From a virus (taxonomy: Duplodnaviria > Caudoviricetes): a DNA stretch of 38,083 bases. The notes beneath the pieces were generated by a model, which worked only from the letters and a program-made list of their open reading frames with translations, made no database searches and was not told the DNA's origin. Position numbers and translations under genes: made by a program. Positions 1-12,000 of this stretch are shown here, piece by piece (position 1 is the first letter of the stretch; every line of letters begins with the position of its first letter). The stretch lies in IMG/VR virus record IMGVR_UViG_3300027798_000104, positions 1 through 38,083 of that record; one strand, 5' to 3'.

Positions 1-3000
1 ATTGACAGATCGTCAACGGTTGGTACAAAAGTTAAATCAATTATGTTAGTACCAGTTGAGATTACTCTGTCAGTTTTGGTAGTTTCAGTGTAAGGAATAG
101 TTTCACTAGACCCAATATCTTGTACATATGATCCTATTGGGTGTGTGCTAGGTGTGCCCGTCCCTAACGTACCTCGACGAATTTGACCTAATACATTACC
201 AACTTTAGTAAAGTATTCAATTCGTTCGCCGTGAATTTCGATAATGCCCGGTTTATTTTGTTGCGGATTAGGTATATCAAAATTGCTTGCATCACCAACT
301 GTGATTGTTATATCAGTATACTTTAATTCAACAGTCAATTGTGTTTGCTTATTTTTACTTAATCGCTTAAAGTGAGTTCTGTTTAACATATCCTTAAATT
401 GCATATATGCGATTCCAGAAGTTAACACATTACTACTAAAAGTTATTAACGTAATTTCATCTGTTAGTGATGGTGGAGTAGCTAACGTTATGCTTTGTCG
501 ATCAGTATTAACTTTAAAATCAACACTAGGTGTTAACAAAGTACCATTCTTTAAAACCCAAACGTAGTTGTCATCAATTACTGTTCTATCTAATTTTAAG
601 AGGCCACCGGCTAACGCAGTATAGTTATAATATTCTGCCGTATCCGGAGTTAATGATAAATTGGATGTTATGTTAATTCCAGTACGTTGTATATCTAATA
701 TATCATGTTTATAAAACGCAGTAACTTCAATTAATCCGGCAGAATATGATTGTGCAAATATTATTTGTGCAGGAGAAGTTCCAATTGATGGAACATAAAC
801 ATATCCTTGATTTTTTCTAATACTAACAATTAGTTGTTTTCCGGTATACTTATTATATGTTGTCTTATTGATCTTAATTGTAAGCCCGCTAAGGTCAATA
901 ATATAATCAGTGCTAGGAGTTAATAAGATTCCGTCAGCTAGCACAACAATGTCAGTTGCCGCAACACTAAAAGGTACAAACTTTGCAGGGTCAATTATGT
1001 AGTTTAATCTGTTACTTCCTATTTTAAAATAGCTATTATTTGGACCAGACAAAATAGTATTGTCAACTCTAACTATCATGCTAGATTCTATTGGTAAAGA
1101 ATCACCTGATATGTTTTGAAGATCGTAAGTATCAGTTCCTGTAGGAGTAATAATTTCAGATTTAGTAATTGAAAATGTTTGTCTGCTGCCTGTAACAATA
1201 ATATAATTTATAACACTATTAGCCAGCGGCGGATTAATAAATCTTATGCCGATTTGATCAATATCCTCATAACTAGTATCTGTTTTAAATAGTACCACAT
1301 TAACCGGAGAACCATTTACATATACCAAATATGTCACTGGGTCAGTCCAAGCCGCCTTTGTTATAAATTCGTTAGTAGTGCCATCACCTATAAAATAATC
1401 TAAATCTAAAATGCCCGTGCCGTTAAAACCAACACTGAATATTGACACTAATTCGCCAGCGGGCGGAGCTGTAACAAATCTTACTTCATTAGTATTATAT
1501 AATACTATGTAATCATCAATTTCAGTTTTAATCGACGACACAGATTCTAACACAGTCCCTGTACGCTGGCCTTTGGTAAATTTAACAATTACTGCTTGAT
1601 GGCTATTCGGAGTTTGCGATATTTGAAAGTTACGTTGATTACCGTCAGCTAAGTAGCTGTCAACTTTAATTACTGCGCTACCACTACTTGGTCTATCAAA
1701 TACCTTAATAGCCATAGTATCCACTACTTGTCCTGGAACTACTTCTTCAGGAGCTCCACTCGAAGTTGGAGTTACAAATCCGTCACCATCTACTATAATA
1801 GTATCAGCTAGTAAACCTGTAGCAGAAGTATATGCTAGGTTTCCACCCTCTAAAGCTGTATCATAATCAGTATCCTGTGGTTTAACTGAACCATCACTAG
1901 TCCACTTACGAATAATAATCTGATCACCTTTGCTAACTGAATCAACATATCCAGAGATGTCAATGATTTTTGTAATCCCGTCAGTATAGTAAGTGCCGTC
2001 GTCTACACGAAGTGCACCGGACGAGCCAAGGGCTGTAATTAATGAAGAAATATTAATAGAACTACCCGCATCAACTGGATTTAGTAAGGTTACTGTCCCA
2101 TTCATGTTAATTACATAGTCAGTGGATATACCCAATGTTCTAGTAAACGTTGCTGTAGAATTTGTAATATTCTTAAATAAAATTTGATCTAACTGTACAG
2201 TAGTACTTGATAGTACTCGAAGTATTTTTGTATTGTACCCGATAGTATCTGCAATAAAGGGAGTTACTGTGATAGCATCTCCGGCTACTAGCAGTTCGGT
2301 ATTTTCAACTTCTAATATATCAACACCTGCTATGTTCTTTGTAAAATATAAAGTACCAACTGGTTGATTGTTCGGCGAAGCACTTAAAATTAAAGTAGAA
2401 CTATTAACTACAGTAACTACAGTTTGCCCCGAATTAAATCCTGTGCCTATAACACTCATTCCCGAAACAATTGTTCCAGATAAACCAGATATTTTTAAAG
2501 TTGTTCCGGTACTTCCGGTTTGCACATACGTCGCGGATGCATCAGTTATATCTAATTCAGTAGTAACAGTTACTACCGGATTAATAGCTTGAATATTAAA
2601 ATCATAATTTAACTGCTCGCCATCTGACAGATACGATTCAACTAACAGCTTTGCTTGGTATATGTTTATCTTGCCGGTACCTTGTTCTGGAATATAAGGT
2701 AATGTATACAAATATTGATCATCAGTCGCCGCGGTAGCAATGTAATCATCAAATGTAGTATCAAAAGTATCCCACTTATCACTATAGTACGGAAGACTGT
2801 CCCAGCCCTTGGCTAATTCAAAACCTAGACCACTAACAATTACGCCACCGTAATCTATGCCGTCCATTAGTTGTGCTAAATCTTTACCTAGTTCTCCAGA
2901 TGCCGGGTCGTAATAATGCTGTATTCTATCAGCGGCATTTAATAATGACCAATCTTTGATATACGTAACGGTAATAACTGCATCCTTAGGAGGCGCTGTA

Positions 3001-6000
3001 TTAAATGTTAAAGTACCATAATATCTAGTGTACATACTAGCAGATGACTTTGTGATAGCTAATGAATACTCGCCCTGTAGTACTTCTGTGCTAGTAGTTA
3101 ATGTTTTAAGTTTTATAGCGACTATTGATTTTCCGACCCGTACGTCAGGTGCCCATGTTAAGACAAATTGTTTTTGTGAACCAGTTGCTGGAAATGTTTC
3201 TGTTTCCTGTAGTTGTGTAATAACATATTGACTCGTTGTGCGATCAAATTTAATTTTTATAAGATTTGATCTTACCACGCCGTGACCAATAATTGCAACT
3301 GCTTTTGCTAGTGTTCCTGTAGTGTTGCCGTCTACTACAATTATCGGAGCTTCAAGATAGCCTGAACCGTTTGAGATTAGTGATATTCTTGTTAATTTTC
3401 CGTTTGAAACAAATCCTCTTGCCACAGCGCCAGCGCCAGAACTACTAGTAATTCGTATTACAGGGGGAGTTAGATATCCGCTTCCGCTATCCGTAACGAC
3501 AATTTGTGTTATTTTAAATCCAACGTTGTCTAACCAATATTTCCACGGATATGAATTCATCACAGAGCTGTCAGTTTGAATTGTGCCGTTAACAACCGAG
3601 CCGGTGATAGGAATTACAGCATTTCCTATTAATACCGGAGGGAGATCAAAATCAGTAGTCGATGTTTGACTATTTTCAAGGTTTGTATAAGAGCTAATAT
3701 ATTCTCTAATCTTAGTTCTATATGGTTTTACCTCATCAATATAATTTTCAAAGTCAGCTAAATTATCATTTTTGTAGGTTACTGGTTTATCTAAATTACC
3801 CACATTATGTTGAGCCTTAACAAAACTAGTTTTAAAAATCCAGTCAATATAAGTTTGTTCACTAAACGCATATCGAACGTTGCTAAAAAACAAGTTTAAA
3901 TATTCTTGTTTTAAATTATCAACAAATATATTATTTTTTAGTGTGTTAAGAATTATTCTTAACTCAATTGAAGCATTATTATCAAATGTTCCGCCATCAT
4001 ATAATGCCGAATCATATCCATAAATTGTATTTGCAGATTCATATAGAGCTGAACTTAGTTGGATTGTTCCTTTTTGTTCTGCTACTACTTTATAACTAGT
4101 AGTCCAATCAATTGTAATATTATTAGAATACTTTTCTAGTAGAATCCATGTTGAATTAGTTGTAGTTCTAACTTTAACGGTTTGCCCTATACTAATACTA
4201 AGTTGTCCTAGCTCTGCAAATGTATCAACTGAGTGATCGATTGCAGTAAATTGATTATATCCTGTAGAATACCAATCTGCATAAGTCCAGAATTTTCTAG
4301 TGTCGTATGACTGTCCGTTAGTACGAGACCATAATTCAGTAGACGGTTCATATGCGTATATACTCCAAATTCCGGCGGCTTGCGAATCGTTCCGTACAAG
4401 AACTGAATAATTTCTAACACTTAAAAATGTATTGTCATCATACCCTTCGCCGGCTGCAACAATTGTAACTCCGTTAATCTGTCCGCTAGAATTAATAGTT
4501 GCTCTTAAAATTGCGCCAGTGCCTGCGCCGCTTACTGTAATATATGGGGCTATTAAATACCCGCTACCTTTTTCAAGAATATTAACAGAAGTAATCTTAC
4601 CGTCAATCGGAGGTCCTACTGTTAATGTAGGTTTTCTAAAACTTCCGATATTGGCAAATCTAAGTTCTGCGTCAGTGTCTACAATAGTATCATATATTCC
4701 AGTAATACTACTTGGCAACATATCATAGCTATCTAACTGTGTTAAATTTCTTTGATCAGCAATTTGATTGTTAATCAATATTTGATTTGTTTTCTCAACA
4801 AATTGTTTTAATGCCTCAAATCTATTAATAAACATGCCCTGTCGCGGTCGATTTTCAATACCGTATCGTAACTTAGCAGGAAGATTAGTGTCCGGAACTA
4901 CTCGGCCAGCAATATCTTTCCCACATAAGCTGTCAAACCACTTATCTTCTATTCTGGTTGGGATTTCAGAATTAATATCGTTTGAAATTAATTTCCATTG
5001 GCTATGAATATTACTCTGAGTTATCGCCGAGTCGGAAATCCAATAATCAACTGACAATATAACATTATTGTCTTCTAATAACGGTTGGCAGTTAGCAAGA
5101 CTAAAACTATTTGAGCTAGTTAATGCTAGGTACTTATAACCATCGCCTCGAGGATTAGCAATTAATTTAGCTACATTAATAGCAGACATATTCCTACTTA
5201 AAGAACTTGGTATTGTCTTTTTATTTTTTACCCAGTAATAGTAAACATTTTTAAAAGTTTTAGCGACTGCATCGTATTTTCTAATAACGCTATAAACGGT
5301 ATTGTCATATAATGTAGTTCCGCTAATACCGTTAGCTAGTCCTGATTCTGTATCAGCTGTAGTGTTCCATTCTGCCGGTTTTAATTTAGACTCAACCCAT
5401 TCGTATATGTCAATACTTGCACCAGGAAACAATGTATTCCATGTACTGTTTCTATATACAACATCTGCAGAATCGTGACTTTCGATAAATTTTGCAGTGC
5501 GTAAATCCCACCATAATGTACCAACTTGAGATTTAGACCAAGCCATACCGTCATCAACTGTCACAGTTGTTGTTCCTATCGAATATGTCGCAGGGTCGTA
5601 AAATGTTTTATATTTTATTTCTTGTTCGGCAATTCCCGGTATCTGCCCTTGACTCGGATCGATTGCATCTAAGTATGAAACAATATTGTTTGTTAGTTTA
5701 TTATATAAGAATGCTTTTTTAATTCTTTTTAAATTAACAGCTTTACCTTGAGAATGTATTTTTTTCCAGCTAAAGGTTCCATCTCGTTTACTACAATCGT
5801 AAAGTTTTCCAGACATTATTCCCTTATCAAGTTGATAAGGTGAACCTACAATAACTCGATTTGCGGCGACCGCAAATCCTGAACTATACGCAGAATGTGC
5901 ATCTGCATCATTGGTTTTTAAACTTTCACTAAACACCCAAGATGTGTCATAACGATCATAGATGTCAATTCGACCCGTATTTGAGTTGTTAATTAAAAAG

Positions 6001-9000
6001 TGTGTTGTATCGTCATCGAACGTTGTATTGTCTGTTAATACAATTGGATCTCGAACAAACGAATTTGGACTGTAAACAACTAGCGTTTCAGATCCGTTCA
6101 TAAAATTTAATTTTGTACCAAAGAATTCAGCAATTGATGGATTGTTATTAACTATTTCTTTTCGAGTGGTCGGATCATATACTTCTCCGTTCCATGCACG
6201 AATATCAACAAGTCCCTGATCGATTTTTTCTCCGTCATATAATACCGTACTAATAGCAATATAGTTGGCATCAGCTGTTAACGCTACCGCAGTTCCAAAC
6301 CCGCTGTTATTTAATGCATTGCTACTAGCGGTCAGTAATTGAAATTGAGGATATGCATTACCATTCTTTTTATAGATAAAGACATATCCCGCAGTTCCGG
6401 GCGCAGATACTGCTAGTGTATTGCTGTCCTGACTAATAGACATAGAATGTCCAAACTTTGCGCCGGCTGTTAAACTATTATGTCCGAGATATCGAGTAGT
6501 AGCATATTGCCATTCGGTTGCTGTGAATTCTAATATGCCGGCTGGCGTGCTATCTGGAGCAACACTTATATATAAAGTTGTACTATTAACTACTTGTGTT
6601 ACATATTGACCGCTGGTAAATCCAACGCCGACAATTTTCATATTAACTTCAATATTAGCGGTATTAGATACTTTTATTACAGTTCCTGTGCTACCGATAG
6701 GACTGTATGCTGTACTGGCTATAACATTAGTTTGATAGTTTAATTGATATACTCTACCAATAGTGTTATATCCGGCGGCAGTTACAAACATTACATCGTT
6801 GCCGAGCACAATATTCGAGCCAAATAATTCATTAGCTACTGGAGTTGGGCTTATTATTGAATCTACAAATGTATAAACGTTGCTTGCATCTTTCTTATAT
6901 AAAGAGATCGCACCTTGATTTACTAATGATGAATTGTAATCTGAATCAGTTGTATTAACTGCGGTGTATAAATCTCCAACTTGTGGATTTGTTGAAACAT
7001 AACTAGCTAACGGTGTTCCGGTTGCTAACCAAGTACCGTCTGGGGACATAGCAATAACGTCACCTAGGTAAACTGCGTTCTGCTGACCTAGTCCGTCAAC
7101 AGTTAACACAGGCGGCTCAATTGAAGATCTTTGAATCCACGGTGCTACTAGCCCTGCCCTATCGTAAATAAATGTTGTTCCATTGTTAATTGTAGTTGCC
7201 ATCACAGTTCCGACACTATTAATTACAATCTGTTTTCCTCTTCCTAAATCATATAGTGGTTCAGTGTTTACTAGTTCTTTATTAGTATACACAGGCGTAT
7301 ACTGCCATGTTTCCCAGTCATAAGACGTTCCTTGGCCGCCGGTCCACAGCAATTCTCCAGAAACAATATTAATAGGTCGAACATTATCAGCGTTGTTAAT
7401 TGAATTTGCTTTTTGTGATCTAAAAACAAAAATTACAATTGTTTTTTGATCAGCAAATGAACCCGAAGGTGTTGTGCTTAGTAATGCACTCAATATCATT
7501 TTATTACCGATAATTGATTTAATTTTAAAAAATCCATTAAACGAACTAGTTTGATTAATGCCTATCCATTCTCCGACAGTAAGAGATATATTATTTTTAG
7601 TTGTTAACGTTATTTCTTTATCGTTAGATGAATAAGTTGCATTTGTAACTATCAGGTCGGCGTCGGTGTATCGATAAACATTCCATGTATTATTTTCAAA
7701 ACCGCACCAAACATAATCACCATTTAAAAAAGTAGTTACATCTTGAGATACAATATCATCAATTGTAGGTAATGCTACTTTAACTTGATCAAGCCTAACG
7801 TGTCCAGGAGTTCTTAAATAATAATGCTGGCTATCTAATGTAGGCCATAAATCATTTTTATATCCTACTGGTTTTAAATACACGTCGTTAGGAGTTTGTC
7901 TAATTATAAAATCAGTTACTGAAGGATCTACATAGTTAACTAATTCAAAACCTTGAGGATTGTTTTTAAACAGCCCTTCAGATAATATAAACTCAACATT
8001 ATTAAATGCAGAACTTGCTCCGTACTGTCCCATACGTACAGCCCACTCTTCGTAAAAACTCACGCTGTCTTTGTTATCTGCGCTAAGGACATCAAATAAT
8101 TTGTTAAGGACATTTTTTGTTCCTTTTTCAATTATCATTCCTTGATAAAATTTAAATTCACTAACATCATCTTGTATAATGTTTTCAAGGAATTGTCGTT
8201 TCTGATAACCAACTAAATGTTGAGACATTTTTTGTTGACTGCTATCAAAGTTATCGCTATCAAGACTATAGAAATCTGTAAACTGTCCTGCTTTATAATT
8301 CCAGTTTGGTAATAATTGTGCTGTTGGTTTTTTATCTAATTTTATCCAACTTATATTTTCAAACGTATTTGTCCCGGATAAAGACGTTTTTGAACTATAA
8401 TAAAATTCCTTATACTTAACGATATCCCCTAGAGAATAATCCTTCCATGCTTCCCAATTTTGGATTATTGCTTGATCAAAAATAAATCCCGGCGCATCAA
8501 ATGATCCAGTCCATCTGTCACTTACATAACCCGATACTCGGATACGCTCTTGTCTATAACCGCTTTCAACATTATAAATTGTATCGTTAAACATTGTAGA
8601 ATTGTTTAAAATTACTACTTGTTCTTTTTGTACTAGATAAAAACTAGCACTGTATACTCCGTCTGCACCGACCGGTATGTAACTAACAGTATTATCATTT
8701 CTATACGAATTCAAGAAATTTGGTTGGATCGGTGTTCCATCAACTTTAAAAAATTCGTAGTCATTAAACGTATTTCTAATATCATCAACAACTGCTAACG
8801 GTAAAGAAAATGTTATCTTTGCCGCAGAAGGACTTAAACTAATCACGCTACTACCTAGATTACTCAACCCGTCGAGCCTAGCATATCGTTCATTGTCAAA
8901 TACCGAAGTTGCTGGAATAGCAGTATATGCTCGGTAGTAGTCGCCGTTATACCTAACAATACTACCTGCCTGTACATCCACAGTCGGTATCCAGTCGTTC

Positions 9001-12000
9001 CACTTATCTTGGCCGAAAGACCAATTTTGTGTTGTCCAGAATAAAAATTCTTTAGCACTTGTTTCCCAGTTTGTTACTTGAGATAACGTAGTATTAAAAT
9101 CATCAAATATAAATCCTTGATCTTCTAACCACGCACCGTAACCTACTAGGAAATCTACTACCTCTTGGATAGTTCTAAATTTTGTGCTGTACGGAACTAT
9201 AACTGTTTCACTTTTATCCCATTCAGATTTTAAATATGCGTCTTGTCCTCCGATGATCGGAAGCTCTGCTAATAGTTCATAAAATTGAACTGTAAAAGTA
9301 TCGGTAGTAGTGTGTAAAGATTTTGATCTATAAAACTTTTTATTGTATTCTACAATTTTGCCAGCGGCAAATCTCGAATTAGGGGCCCATGTGCTAAACG
9401 TTTCTGAAATTCCGCCAACATTGATCTTTAGCCCAATGTCAGTAGCTGGATAATATTTAAAATATGGTTGTGTTTTACTATATCCTTTTACTTCGTACCC
9501 GGTGATTGTACCAATTAGTGTTTTAGTAATGATTACACCGCTGTAGGTAATTTTCTTAATAGGACTAGAGCTATTTAAAATAATACTGTAATCTTCTTGT
9601 GGCACAAAAACACTACCTTGGCTTAGTGGTGTTTTACTATCTAATAATAAATTGAATTTTTCTTTGCTAGTAAATGCGCCAATTCTGTAGGTTAATCTTG
9701 CGTTAATGTTCATTAGATCATAAACATAAGAATTGTAAGATTTTAAATTGTCACTTAAAATATAATCAATTATGTAATTAATAATACCCGAAGTTTGTAC
9801 ATGCGTTTCGCTAGAATATATGCTAGGAATCATAATATCACTGGGTGATATACGCAATCCTGTTTCAGTATAAATTAGTTGACCGGCAATATTTCTTACT
9901 ATTCTTGATCGATCTAAGAGTGTTCCAAATGTTTTTGCGGGATGCAATAACATAATAGTACGTAGTACACTAAAAGGATAATGGCTACTTCTTCTCCAAG
10001 CCGACTCTACTGGACTTACATCTCCGAATACAAAATCAGATTCTGTTGCTTGTGTTATAACTCCAGATGCTAACCCAGAAAATGCAGGGCTTAGAATATT
10101 GCCTTGATCGTCAACAGGAATACATTTATCTAAAATAGGTCTTGCAAATTTTGCATTTATTCTTACCGGTGTATTAGGTTCTCTAATTGTTCCAGTAGCA
10201 AGGTCTTCCCATAGAATTTTATTTTCGCTAGTGTACGGTGCTGGTCCATATACCTCTTGCCACCAACTTGGTTCAATACTAAACCCTAACATCTCCCAAG
10301 GGCATAAATTTGGGCGGTCAGTATCTAGCATCCAACGATAAATTCCTTTCCAGTATCCGGGCAAACCTTGACCGTTGGGCGCAGAATTAAATCTATAATT
10401 AAATGTAAAAGGATCGGTTCTATCGTAATTTAAAGGTTTAGTAAAATCTTGGTCAACTAAACTAGTCCATTTATAAAAATCGGAAGCTAGAACAGAATTA
10501 AACTCTTCTAATGAGTAGTCTGTTTCTCGACCGTATCCGGGAATAACATCATAAATGTCAAATATCGACGGATTATATTCTACTTTAATATTATTAAAAA
10601 TTCTGCTTTCTAGTTCTAAAATTAAATTATCTCTATAGTCCCCGTACGCAAGTATTTGACTGCCGTCGTGACCTTGGATCATTAGTCGAGGAGTAACTAG
10701 ACTTGTATCAAGATAAATTTTTGGTTCGTATTTTGGCCATATTCCAAGTTTAGTAGGAGTAGCCGGTATAAAAGATCCGTTCGTGTTATCGTACTCATCA
10801 ATAATAATAGTATCGCCTGTAGCAATAGTTGCTGTAATAATTACAAAACCCTGGCTACTAAAAACATAATCTCTTTTATATAAAAGCTGTGTTTCGTTTA
10901 GGTATACAATAACTGAACGAGTTGACAATGTATCCATGCTGAACACATTAACTAATGGATATGTTTTAATTCTATAATCAACTACTGATAACGTATTTCT
11001 AATACGTGCAGTGTAAGGAACCATATCGCTAAAATAATATGGACTAGTTTTTGGCTTATCTTGATTTATTTTTTGTAAAATAAGATTTACACCCGTTGCT
11101 TGATCTGTATCAATTCCAATAGTCGAAGCAACTGTTATAAAATTTTTCTTAAATGTATTATAGTCTTCTTTTGAAAATTCTATTGCATTGATTATATTAT
11201 TGTTTTCACTAGTGATATGATATAAACTTAAACTGGCAGGACCGCTATGCTGTACAAATTTTGTACCAAAGGGTGTTATATTTCCAAGGTCTCTTAAATT
11301 ACTGTAGCCTGGAAAGTCTCCGGCGAATCCAGAAATGTTATCAACAATTGATCCTACATGATCAATAACTTCGCCTAATGTAAAATCTGCAATATTGCTG
11401 TTTAACGGATTATTTTGTAAGTTAACAGGGATTTCATAAAATCCTTGTTTGTTAACAGGCTGAGATGCAAATGCTTTTATAGTTAATACATCAGTCAAAC
11501 TAATATCGCTGTTAAGAACAATTTTTTTGTACACTGGGCCATCGACTACTGACCAATTACTGTTGTCTAATCGAATACCATTAATATACACTTTGACAAC
11601 TAAATCGTCTAGTTCTGTAATACTATCAAAAATATCCAAGTCAAAGTTATTCACTAGATTAGAATTTTTATAAATTCTAATGGCTCCTTGATATGTATTT
11701 GACTGGCATTGTTGCCAGCCGTTAACATACACTGTACCCGAGGGAGTTAATTTTTCTAAATAACCAACATCAATAGTTTTAACTATTACACCCGTGTTAT
11801 TTTTATATTCAAAATAATCAGTAAGTAAATTAAAATTAAAAACAATATCACCAATGTTATTGATATTTTTATAAGATAATGAAAATCCTAGCGTAGAATC
11901 TACTGTACCAGTACCTACCTTATAAGAAAACACTGATGTTCCTGTAAACGTTGAGCCGTCATAAACACTAGTATCGCCGTAACTAATACCTTCTTCGTTA

